Positions 27,294 to 39,680 of a stretch of DNA of 64,000 nt are shown here, piece after piece. This DNA is from Laetmonice hystrix (taxonomy: Eukaryota), in NCBI GenBank assembly GCA_965235115.1, contig OZ249446.1, positions 7,068,001-7,132,000 of the forward strand. Direction: 5' to 3'. Made by a program: the position numbers and the translations under genes. The notes beneath the pieces are model-generated. The model was not told the origin of the DNA. It saw only the letters and a program-made list of their open reading frames with translations, and made no database searches. The stretch's first letter is position 1. The number at the start of each line of letters is the position of its first letter.

Positions 27294-27590
27294 GCCCCCT
27301 AGTGGCGAGATCCGGAGGCCAGGCGCTGTTTGTGTGGCTGTCTCTGATTGGCCAGGAGGTGTTTGTGTGGCTGTCACTGATTGGAGGGACCATGTTCCCG
27401 CCGCCTGGGCCCCAATGGTCCGTACATGTCAAGTTAACGCTGCCACCACGTGCACAAACATCCAGCTCTCATCCTGTTGGTCTGAGTATAAAAGGTGGCG
27501 TGCTTCGCCCTGAAAAACGGCCGCAACTGGGAAAACAGAGTTTGTGACGGGCATGCCGGCCTGCTGTCCGCCTACACCACAGGTAACAAA
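27294..27590 (+). promoter_or_regulatory. Promoter-like module antisense to RECK in intron 4
   Basis: CTCF-like 27294-27308, ATTGG x2 (27347, 27380), CACGTG 27447, TATAAAAG 27487-27494, ATG 27553, donor CAG|GTAACA 27582/27583. Confidence 0.5.
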
Positions 27591-27985
27591 ACCAGACACC
27601 CTACTACCCACACAACACAAAGTCAACAACATCCCTCCCGTTCTGGCCCTACATTCAGTCCTATTCTCTGCCCTTCAATGTATTTATGCATCATTACCTT
27701 GTTGAACATTGTCCTCGGCTCATGTACATTTTAACGTCTTCTATGAACTTCCATCAGTAGGCCCTATAACCCGAAGAGCCAGGTTATGCGATTACACGTA
27801 TAAAAGACTTTCTATGTAATTTGAAGACAGCTCCCCTGTTGGCCCTTTCAAGAACCAACCCTTTCTGATTTACCGCCTTTGCCAACTCAAATGTATTTGC
27901 CTTATGATTGCCCGCGGGCCTATCCATCACTTGACACAACCTGCTGCTTACTCATCTTGGCGCCATCAGATCTGCTCGCCCACCT

Positions 27986-28577
27986 AACCCCAGCCAATGA
28001 TATCCTTCGACACGGATCCCTCAACCCCAGCCAATGATATCCTTCGACACGGATCCCTCAACCCCAGCCAATGATATCCTTCGACACGGATCCCTCAACC
28101 CCAGCCAATGATATCCTTCGACACGGATCCCTCAACCCCAGCCAATGATATCCTTCGACACGGATCCCTCAACCCCAGCCAATGATATCCTTCGACATGG
28201 ATCCCTCAACCCCAGCCAATGATATCCTTCGACACGGATCCCTCAACCCCAGCCAATGATATCCTTCGACACGGATCCCTCAACCCCAGCCAATGATATC
28301 CTTCGACACGGATCCCTCAACCCCAGCCAATGATATCCTTCGACACGGATCCCTCAACCCCAGCCAATGATATCCTTCGACATGGATCCCTCAACCCCAG
28401 CCAATGATATTCTTCGACACGGATCCCTCAACCCCAGCCAATGATATCCTTCGACACGGATCCCTCAACCCCAGCCAATGATATCCTTCGACACGGATCC
28501 CTCAACCCCAGCCAATGATATCCTTCGACACGGATCCCTCAACCCCAGCCAATGATATCCTTCGACACGGATCCCTC
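27986..28577. repeat. 37-bp minisatellite, 16 copies, each with a CCAAT box
   Basis: aaccccagccaatgatatccttcgacacggatccctc. 592 bp = 16 units, with only about 3 substitutions. Confidence 0.98.
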
Positions 28578-30477
28578 GAGTACAAGGGCTCTTTGATGTT
28601 GTTCGTAAACTGGGAGGGCATTGGCTGAAACATTCGTTACCGGGGACACTTTACTAACAGAACATACCGAGATGTCCAGGATAACTCCATTAAGGGCAAG
28701 CTGCACATACTTCGAATCTTTACACTGGGTCTATACGGTAAATACGACAGCCTAATTATGTTTCTGGGTCAATGAAAAACAACAATACACCATAAATCCA
28801 ACGCTTTCGAAAGCATGATTTACTCCAGATTTAGAAAAGCAATAGTTTTCATATTTCACTGGCCCTCCATAATGTAAATGCTTAAATGGCTCTTCATCAA
28901 GCATTTAAAAAACCTAAATTTAGGATCCTATAAGGATCACTTCTACCACGAGTGGCACGAGAGATTATGGCACATATGAAACCGAATATACCCAAGTCAA
29001 AAACTAGCATTCTATCCTTCCACCACTTTCCTTTTTTAAATACCATTTTCTTAAATGGTCTCCCGACACATGCAACGTCTTTCTGAAAGATGCATGTCCC
29101 TTCAAGGAAACGTGTATATTCTTTGTAGGCCGGGAAAGGGTTTCTTTCAACTCAGTACGTTTGCTATGTTAATGATGCGCCTGTCTGTTGGCCACCTAGC
29201 GGTGACGCCCAGAGACGTCGTCTGCCAGCCACCGACGACAGTCTGACGACTGGTCGCCAGTCGGTGATGTCAGACTTCACACCAGGAAATCTGGACATAC
29301 TGCTAAAACACACACCCCACATGTACATCAAAGGATGGTGACGCTGGGTACTAGTCAGTTATAGTCAAACATAACGGGCTGTTGGTGAGGCTACAGGTCC
29401 TGGCTAATTAACTCAGAACTGTCATATCTACTAATACAAATCTACAAACTACCTCCCCTCCACCTAAAAAAATCCCCTTAAAGGAGAAACTATAATGAGG
29501 ACTGAATGTTTAAAGGTGAATGTATACAAGTCTAGTCGTCTTAGTTTTCTTTTGCAGCCATCGATGTTCCTAAACATGTCACTTGGCACCCCTTCGAAGG
29601 GCGTCCGGGTGCGACTGGTTACAATTTATTATGATTTTCTGAATTCCTTTCAGTTGGACCCAAAGTTGGATTTCCGAATATCTTTTATGATCAGAATATC
29701 AGAGATATTTATTGGCTACATGAATGCCATCAGGGATGTACTGCATGTCATATTGGCAGTCCAGTGAATAGACCTATGTGAATGGTCCGGAGCCGGTGCA
29801 CAGACATGCGCAGACATCACCACCTACAGTCCACCTTTGACGACCTTCTAGTGATATATCCCTCGAGCACCTTGGCCACCTATGTCACCTCATGGCACCG
29901 AGCCAGCACCTGACAACCAATGCTCACGGCATAAAACAACAGCATTCATTCCTCGCTTTTCGTAACTATACACCAGTGCAGCATGAGTGCAGGTATCAGG
30001 TGAGGCTTACAAAAGAGGCACCCTGAACTGAACCAGGGAGCGGGGGAAATCGTGCCAGGGAGATTAATGGGAGGCAGTGACCTAGGAAGACACTTGGCAG
30101 AAAATTAATTCCATTTTGCCAAAAGTCACTTCTGATTAGACTTTAATTGTAAATTTATATGTTAAGGTCAGAATAAGGTCAATACAAAACATAACCATAC
30201 CTAATATATAGGGAATTCATTACATTGTATGAGTCAGTGATTAATTATATAAAGGCAATAATTATAGCCCCCTTTATTAACATCTGACAGAGCGCAGAAC
30301 CTGTAACTTATAGAAATTATGTTTCCCTTTTATACTAACTAAAGAACCACAAGAAACCATCGATTTATACACCGATGAATGAATCGCATACAATGAAGCC
30401 ATGTCTACGACTGGGCCACGCCAAGGTGGCGGCAACACAGACCTGGGGCGGGGGGGGGGTGTCTCGCTCATTACAGA

Positions 30478-30492
30478 CTGCCCCCTGGCGGA
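30478..30492 (-). promoter_or_regulatory. CTCF-like motif TCCGCCAGGGGGCAG
   Basis: Reverse complement of ctgccccctggcgga. Motif match only. Confidence 0.4.
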
Positions 30493-31926
30493 CAGTTTCC
30501 GAACTAACCTAGAGTGAACCTGGTGACGTCATAACATGGGACAAGAACTGTGTGACAAGTTCGGTCGTAAGAACGATAACAGCACGTTCCTGCAGCACGT
30601 GCGTATATTATGTCGACAGTTGCGGTTAACTAATTGTATCAGTCCACAACCTCTTCACCTTGCTCCTGGCAATACTGGCAACGCCACTTAGAATAGAAAC
30701 ATTCTTAAAAAATTATCCCCTGCTTTATACTGACACTGTTAGCAAGTCAGAACTTTACCGATATTAGCACATATTGATCAACAGATAAATTGCAGATATT
30801 ACGAAACAACATGCTAAGTTATTTCTATTATCTTAACCCCACTACAAAAAAATCCCAATCCTGGGTCACGGCAATGGAGGAATTACTATTTTGTCTACAT
30901 AAAGTGCTAATTAGCAGTATTTCTCCCTATATTCTACTGGTATCAACATATGGCTTTCAGAGGTGCTATACAATGGGTGTGTTCATTTTTCACTCACTCA
31001 TTCATTTATTTCATTCTAGACCAGACACACACTACTAACCAATCTCGCCGCTCGTCATAACGTTGTCAGATCATCCAAATAACCGTATTATGTAAACTCA
31101 TTTTCAGCCTCTGTCATTTCTGAAATGCAGTGCAATTCACTGTCGTTGTCCATGATGACAAAAACGAACGCATTTACTGTGTGCTGTGACACTCTGGTGT
31201 CTGCAGTCTCTAAACAATGGGCTCTGCGGTCAATGTGTTTGCAAAGTCTAGTCATCAACTCATCTCTAGGAAATGGTGCCCGCACCAATTTGACAAAATT
31301 GCCAAATTGGCCATCACACTCTGAGCAAAAAACTAACACTGCACTTCAATTCTGAATTACCAGGCATGGTGTTAATGACCGGGCATGCTGACAAATATAC
31401 GGACCGGGGTATTCAGACCATCGACATGATGAGAATTAGTGGGGTTCACATGCTGAGTTCAAGGTTTTACCATAGATTGTGCTACCAGTGACTGAGGGGT
31501 ATTCATACCATCACACACAAGTAGGGCTCTGACTGCCCGCCAACTGTCTGCTGGGGATGGACGCAGGCCAGCGGCTGTCTATGGCAGCCGGTAACGTTTC
31601 CATAATTATATAACATCACCTGGGATGGTGGTATTTCTCTCAGGCCATAATTATAATGGCTTTGGTTTACTCACCAACACGTATATCAACTTACTGGCTC
31701 TCCCCTGCCAAATCTTCCCTATGTCAGCCAGCAACTCTCCCAGCCTAAATCCCAACTATAGGGCTAACCACTTCAAAGTAAAACAGAACTTATCGCATCA
31801 CACTTTGTGGCGGTAGCGAGCTAATCATATACTTGAAACGATCCATAACAAATATACTTTCATGTCCAATATTAATTCCTATTTTCTTGAAGAAGGTGAC
31901 CTTCATGAAAATGTACCGAAACTTAC

Positions 31927-31963
31927 CTGCAAAGGTGTTGTTTACACACTGCCAGAAGCTCAC
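31927..31963 (-). CDS. RECK: RECK coding exon 4: VSFWQCVNNTFA(A), 37 nt, phase 0-1
   Basis: Acceptor ctcatctttcctAG and donor GCAG|GTAAGT. Matches vertebrate VEIWNCMNSSLP(G), including W-x-C and the N-glycosylation sequon (NNT vs NSS). Confidence 0.92.
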
Positions 31964-33868
31964 CTAGGAAAGATGAGTAAAAACATTATACAACTATCAC
32001 TGTTAACATTTTTTACTTATCCTAGTACAATGTATTATCACTGCTCATCTCTATAATTATCCTTCATGCCTAATGACATTTATATTTAGTATTAACCTCA
32101 GTATATTTAACCAAAAGAAACTGTTATGAAATTTTGAAATGTAACACGTTCATATACCCGTACGCTTCCGCGTGTTTAAAGTAAAGTCAGACATCCTTTG
32201 ATGTGAATATGACGCGTTTCTTTCGAAACAGGATCTGTCGTTTGTTAAAACATTTCCTCTCTGTTCCAGATGTAACTACGTATAATATAACAAACATGAC
32301 TTTACAAAGCTGACATTGTTGATGAGAAAAAATAAAGTTTGTGTATCCAACAGTCTGTATTTACTGCAATGTTACAATAGAATAACGTCTAGAGACATGG
32401 TCAGGGTGTGTATCATTAGAACAATCAATCCTTTTGAAACGACGTCCATTCTTAACTTCTCTTTGTCTGTTTATCCATGTTTATTTCTATCACAGACGTT
32501 AATAAACTAAGAATTTTTAAACAAAGACCACTTGGATTTCACAGTCAATGCTTCTCTGTTCACGAGAAGAAATCGATCCTTCTCTTAAAGATCTCCACTT
32601 CACTTTCTTTTTCACGGTTTATAAACCTCAACACAAAGTTGTGTAGCTTGAACTGCGACTACATAAATCAGTTCTCTTTCTATCAACTCTCTTTGATATT
32701 TGAGTCTTTGCTTATTTAAATTCAATTGATCCACTTGAACTGGAAACCTTCTGCCACGATGTAACAGAGTCAAGCCTTATGAAAGCCATCAGCTGGCCTC
32801 ATGAACTCTCTCTGGCTGCCGTGAGAGGCAGCCATATTTTCTGTCGCCATGACAACCTATCCCGTCAGACACTTGCTGGCCATCTGACATAGGTCGAGGT
32901 TCCGTGTATGTTTTCACTACATCAAAGTTACTGCCACTCCCGAAGTGTGCTCTAAAAGGGGGCCTCATTACTCCAGCCGCTCTTAGCTTGGCCTCCTTCA
33001 CCCTTTTTTTAACACTTTTTATTTTTTTAAACCTCTCAGCTAGGCGACAAGCAACTGCTAGAAAATAACATATGTACCCTTCGGACCAAAAAAATTATAT
33101 TCCTCACAACATGGAAAACTGATGCAAGAGGAAATGGGTTGAATTAATACATTCAGTCACGCAACATGATTAGCTGTTTAGGCTACAAAGGTGAACACCA
33201 TTAGCCGTCAGCCAGCGCCCCCGTGTGTCAGAAGTTGGAACCCTACACCCCATGCAATCATATCGCCAGCTCCGGGGCTGAAAAGCGGGTAAGTATTCCC
33301 CACCCTCTACCCTCCTCCTCGTGCTATATCGTTACCTCGAGGGGTTTCACACAAAGGCGGGGTATGGGGGTGGAGTACAGGGTCACTTACTGGACGTGGA
33401 CGCGGGGAGGGTGATAGGGTGACTGGCCACATGATGTACAACATACGGCTGACCCTGTGGGAGAAAGGACCCCTGGTGGCGCCCTCGAGCGGAGGCGACG
33501 GGAAGCACACGGCGGTGACTCCAGTGGGAACTCGCCGTCAGACTGGCAGCTGGCCCGGCGGGAAACCAGCTCCTACCACGTCCTCACCCTGGCCAACCGT
33601 CCGCTGTTCTCAAACTCCCACTCAAACAGATACCTTTCCTTTAATCACCAAAAACTAGAATCGTATCAACGGCTCATATCTTCAAAACCATCCATCCTTC
33701 ACCTTCAAGTTCTTCAGCGCCGTCATCATGATCTCAGGTCTATAGATGGAGTGAAACCCACATTGGATGTGAATTCCTATCACTAATCCTAAAGGCCTGG
33801 AACACCCATACTCAGAGGGTGAAGGAATATTTCCTGGGCCTATCGCGTCATGTCAAAACCTGTGGCCA

Positions 33869-35690
33869 CATGAAGAACTGATTCATTCCTGTACCGGGGT
33901 CAGTTTCCCTACCCGCACCCAAACCATGAAAAACCTGATTCATTCCTGTACCGGGGTCAGGTTGCCTACCCGCACCCAAACCATGAAAAACCTGATTCAT
34001 TCCTGTACCGGGGTCAGTTTCCCTACCCGCACCCAAACCATGAAAAACCTGATTCATTCCTGTACCGGGGTCAGGTTGCCTACCCGCACCCAAACCATGA
34101 AAAACCTGATTCATTCCTGTACCGGGGTCAGTTTGCCTACCCACACCCAAACCATGAAAAACCTGATTCATTCCTGTACCGGGGTCAGTTCCCCTACCCA
34201 CACCCAAACCATGAAAAACCTGATTCATTCCTGTACCGGGGTCAGTTTCCCTACCCGCACCCAAACCATGAAAAACCTGATTCATTCCTGTACCGGGGTC
34301 AGTTTGCCTACCCACACCCAAACCATGAAAAACCTGATTCATTCCTGTACCGGGGTCAGTTTCCCTACCCGTACCCAAACCATGAAAAACCTGATTCATT
34401 CCTGTACCGGGGTCAGGTTGCCTACCCGCACCCAAACCATGAAAAACCTGATTCATTCCTGTACCGGGGTCAGTTTCCCTACCCGTACCCAAACCATGAA
34501 AAAAAACCTGATTCATTCCTGTACCGGGGTCAGTCTCCCTACCCGTACCCAAACCATGAAAAACCTGATTCATTCCTGTACCGGGGTCAGTTTCCCTACC
34601 CGCACCCAAACCATGAAAAACCTGATTCATTCCTGTACCGGGGTCAGTTCCCCTACCCGTACCCAAACCATGAAAAACCTGATTCATTCCTGTACCGGGG
34701 TCAGTTCCCCTACCCACACCCAAACCATGAAAAACCTGATTCATTCCTGTACCGGGGTCAGTTTCCCTACCCGCACCCAAACCATGAAAAACCTGATTCA
34801 TTCCTGTACCGGGGTCAGTTTGCCTACCCACACCCAAACCATGAAAAACCTGATTCATTCCTGTACCGGGGTCAGTTTCCCTACCCGTACCCAAACCATG
34901 AAAAACCTGATTCATTCCTGTACCTGGGTCAGTTTCCCTACCCGTACCCAAACCATGAAAAACCTGATTCATTCCTGTACCGGGGTCAGTTTGCCTACCC
35001 GCACCCAAACCATGAAAAACCTGATTCATTCCTGTACCGGGGTCAGTTCCCCTACCCACACCCAAACCATGAAAAACCTGATTCATTCCTGTACCAGGGT
35101 CAGTTTCCCTACCCGTACCCAAACCATGAAAAACCTGATTCATTCCTGTACCGGGGTCAGTTTCCCTACCCGCACCCAAACCATGAAAAACCTGATTCAT
35201 TCCTGTACCGGGGTCAGTTTGCCTACCCACACCCAAACCATGAAAAACCTGATTCATTCCTGTACCGGGGTCAGTTTCCCTACCCGTACCCAAACCATGA
35301 AAAACCTGATTCATTCCTGTACCGGGGTCAGTTTCCCTACCCGTACCCAAACCATGAAAAACCTGATTCATTCCTGTACCGGGGTCAGTTTGCCTACCCG
35401 CACCCAAACCATGAAAAACCTGATTCATTCCTGTACCGGGGTCAGTTCCCCTACCCGCACCCAAACCATGAAAAACCTGATTCATTCCTGTACCGGGGCC
35501 AGTTTCCCTACCCGCACCCAAACCATGAAAAACCTGATTCATTCCTGTACCGGGGTCAGTTTCCCTACCCGCACCCAAACCATGAAAAACCTGATTCATT
35601 CCTGTACCTGGGTCAGTTTCCCTTCCCGTACCCAAACCATGAAAAACCTGATTCATTCCTGTACTGGGGTCAGTTTCCCTACCCGCACCC
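33869..35690. repeat. 57-bp minisatellite, about 32 copies
   Basis: aaaacctgattcattcctgtaccggggtcagtttccctacccgcacccaaaccatga. Source of the 680-aa and 652-aa ORFs. Confidence 0.98.
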
Positions 35691-36027
35691 ATCAAACCAA
35701 GTCTCCGGCGCCCCCTACCCCCACCCCACCTCCGGACCCGGGGGGTGTGTGCGGGTGGGGTGTGTTCCTCCAGGAGTCCGTCTCCACCCCCGACCCCATC
35801 CATCACGTGGATACAGACACCCTCCTATCTCCCCCCACACCCCGACCCGTCACAACCTCTTTGTGGTCCCCACGGATCACAAGAGACAGACATCCCGTCC
35901 TCCCATTGACTGCGGATTGTTTGACGCGATCACAGATCGCGTTGACGGATAACTTTGGGACCATGTGAATGTGTCCGTTATCAGTATCCGGTAAGGACCT
36001 TTATGTGTTTCCGTTACAAGAAACCTG

Positions 36028-36186
36028 NNNNNNNNNNNNNNNNNNNNNNNNNNNNNNNNNNNNNNNNNNNNNNNNNNNNNNNNNNNNNNNNNNNNNNNNN
36101 NNNNNNNNNNNNNNNNNNNNNNNNNNNNNNNNNNNNNNNNNNNNNNNNNNNNNNNNNNNNNNNNNNNNNNNNNNNNNNNNNNNNNN
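36028..36186. other. Assembly gap (N run)
   Basis: About 160 N. Right boundary approximate. Confidence 0.99.
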
Positions 36187-39010
36187 GCTTGTTTATTATT
36201 TTATGCATTCCTTTATTAATTCATTAATTCGTGTATCTATTTACTGACTTACTTGCCTATTTATCGCTCTTTATATTTCTAAATATTTCTACCCTTATAC
36301 CCGTATTTTATTTATTTGGTATCTGTACTGGCGTCCATATACAAGGACAGCAATAAATCAACCAGTAAAGTATTTCCTGCGGTTAAACCAAGTGACGTGA
36401 ACCTCAACTTGTTACGTTCAGACTCAGCGGTGTTTGCACAGGACAATGTCTTTATCATGTGTTCAAGCATGTGCATCCATGCACATCTGACAAAAAGATG
36501 GATGCTACTTCAGCTCTCGCCACCACGACACGTGCCGGTTCAACAGCTTCCTAACCACACCGACAGCTGATTGGCTGAGAAAATAATCAGCCATTTATTT
36601 GCCATCCGAAGAGCTTTACACTCGCTGAGCTCCGGGTCAAAGGTTCATACGACAACGATTCTCACCGAGCTACCGACTGCGAAAACGATTTAGACGTTAC
36701 TTAACCCAAGACCTGCTGTGTTCCTCATCTGAAAACACAACCCTTAAAATATCGGCACTCCTTGTCTAACTGTCATTCCTTGTCTCTCCCACAGGTGAGA
36801 TAGCTGTCAGCATTGTAAATACATTTAATCATGGTATAATTGTTTCCGGCAGAATTTAGGCACTTCACGTGCGACCGAACGCTGCCTGTCGGTTTCTTAC
36901 AATAATGCCCTTACAGCTTGCCATAAAAACAAACCCAGCCTGTGAAATGATTTCAGAATGACACCCGTTGCCATAAACTTGACACCCTCGCTGACCTAGC
37001 ATGATGGGATGACTGCGTCTGGTAGGAACGCTAGCTCGTCTGTGCAAAAGTTGAATGCGTCCTGAGCGTGTCAAGGACGAAAAAACTTTCAGGTTACTTT
37101 TAAAATCTTACCCAATATTGGTATGTACACCTAGATATAATCCCTTTGTACTTGTATCGCTGCGTTCGTCATGTTACAGCATCGTGGTATGTACCGGAAC
37201 TACATAACGCGGAGGGCTCCTCTAAATCATGGGTGGCCAGTGTATAACATATCTGTAAATATAGGGTTTCCTGTGGGTTATTCTGGGATATTAGGGCTTA
37301 GTGTAAACTCGAAAAGGACTATTATAGCTGGGCTTCTAGTCCAAAAACTAGTTTTAGTCCCTGTTTTTTTTCTCTCTCCCTCTCAAAGTTCCGAAATATA
37401 GAGCTTGGCCTTGAAAGCACTTCCTCGCGCAGACAAAATGCCCGATGGCGCACGTCTACAGAGAAGCTGAAGAGTACCATATTCCATTTGGTGTCACTTT
37501 CCTCTCTGTGTCCTCTGGTAATCATTTAAAAGTGGCCGGAACTAAAAGTAATCAAACTAAAGTGGGAACCTCAGCTCGTGAAAAAACGGCGAATGGTCGG
37601 GACCGGAGGGCAGAGGAAGTCGGTTGTTTAGCACACATGTAATATTGGTGGAATGAATGTGGTAGTATTTCTACCTCTTTATCCGCCTTCAGGCTCAGAT
37701 GTCATGATTACAACATTCTCAAACCAAGGGGAATGTGTTCGTAACAACCAGAGACATCTCACTGTCATCATAATGCTTTAATGAGAACGAGTAGGTCAAC
37801 ATTAGAGTCAATATCGCAATTTGATCTACTGGAAGGTTTAGGCCTTGGTGCGAGCGATAATATCCTACCCCACAAATAAAAGGTTAAAACATCATGGGGT
37901 CAATTTCACGGGGAAATATATTTTCAGATAACTAAAGATTTCATGAGGCTGAAGGCCGAATGGGATACGGGACCTGAAGGTCACCCAATAAGGTCACCCA
38001 ATAGAACCCCAGTCAGCCTGTGATCGCTATTGGGTGTGCCATGGGTGTACAGTCACCCCCCCCCCTCTAGCTACCCTTATATCTGCCAGGACTCTGGTAC
38101 CTGTAAGGATCCACCGTCAAAGATCCATCTTTCTGGCAGGGTTCGCCTTCCGACTACCCCTGTGTTTCTTTTGTCCGTAAGGTTGACAATGGATCACCAA
38201 TCATAATAACATTTAGAGTTTTTGTACCGTCGACCTCATCCACCTGACTAAACACACAACACGCTGCTCGGCCATATTTGTTCAGCATTAAAACCTGGTT
38301 ACACTACTCGAGGATAGCCCTACAGCGAGTTCGTGGCAAAGTTACCTGTCCTATGGGCAAAGATTACACTTGCCTATGGGCTGATATTGTGTCCAAGGGA
38401 CACATTGCCACAGATAATGTCCCACTAACAGTTCTCGTGGGCAGAGACAAATCATATCGCCAACAGCCTTAAATCTACATTTCGTGTCAGGTTCTCTTCA
38501 GTCACTTTGTGCCACACATTGATATTGCAACACAACCTTGAGACAACCATTATAAAAAAAACCATCTGATTTAATCAAATTCAATCTCATGATGTTTCAG
38601 CAGGATTTTTTCTTTCTCTCTTTCTTTCTTTTAATTATTTTTTTCTCCCTCAAACCAAACAACATTTAACTGCTGCTAAGCTGAATAGGGCTCAACGTTG
38701 TAAGAGGTTTACCTTTAATGAGGTCCACAATTCACCCCCTTTAGCAGGCCACTAAATTTAAAGGTGTTGGTATAAGCCTGAGAAAGCCAAAACAGGTGCA
38801 AACACACCTGAATAAAGGAGTCGCTGGGCACACATGAATGGTGCTCACAGAGCCGGCTTACGGACCACAATGAAAGGATCCTCGCAGGCAGTCACATCTT
38901 TATATTGCCCAAGGTCACTCAAAATCGCTATGGCTCTTTTCAAATCACTCTGCCATGCCCGCCGGTGATCACCATGTTAAGTGTTTACTTTCTCCATTTA
39001 CCGGTTCTTG

Positions 39011-39258
39011 GTTATGGCTTGCCATATTACTTTATGAATTCTGTGACTGTAGAGTGAAGTTGTTAATGAAGTTATGGCTTGCCATATTACCTAATGAATT
39101 CTGTGACTGTAGAGTGAAGTTGTTAATGAAGTTATGGCTTGCCATATTACTTTATGAATTCTGTGACTGTAGAGTGAAGTTGTTAATGAAGTTATGGCTT
39201 GCCATATTACTTTATGAATTCTGTGACTGTAGAGTGAAGTTGTTACTGAAGTTATGGC
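39011..39258. repeat. 60-bp tandem repeat, about 4 copies
   Basis: gttatggcttgccatattactttatgaattctgtgactgtagagtgaagttgttaatgaa repeated. Confidence 0.96.
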
Positions 39259-39605
39259 AGACACTCCCCATCGCGTTCCAGCTATAGTAGTCATATACTA
39301 AATCTCAATTGTGACTCTTAGAAATCTAACAAAATGTTTTTATTTTTATAAAATTGGGTGGTTGATAGATCAGACTGGAAGCTAATGAGAATCTTGCAGT
39401 TGTCCTGAACTCAAACCAAACCTGTCGGGTGTTTTTATATAACGGTACGCAGTCAAGTTCCTGGGAAATTACTGGAAGATTCAACAGAAACGAGTCATCG
39501 GTTAATTCTCTCAATGTTAGAACCTCCAACCTCCTTTTAAAATCAAATAAAATAATCTTCGTGGTCGACTGAGGTTAATAACAACAGATCGTTGTAAGAA
39601 CTTAC

Positions 39606-39680
39606 CAGATGGTGGGGGCAGGTCTGGGCCACCTCGGCCAGCTGGTGCAACTGCTGCTGGGTTCCTGTCTCCTCCGACAC
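39606..39680 (-). CDS. RECK: RECK coding exon 3: VSEETGTQQQLHQLAEVAQTCPHHL, 75 nt, phase 0-0
   Basis: Acceptor ttttcgtgtgccacAG and donor CTG|GTAAGT. 25 codons collinear with vertebrate IFSSKSESRLKHLLQRAPDYCPETM (H, L and CP conserved). Confidence 0.88.

Noticed and set aside
27986-28577. CRISPR-like appearance of 37-bp repeats with internal palindromes (also the 30-38-bp arrays at 3.4-5.4 kb)
   Set aside because: Head-to-tail units with no unique spacers, no cas genes, eukaryotic intron context.
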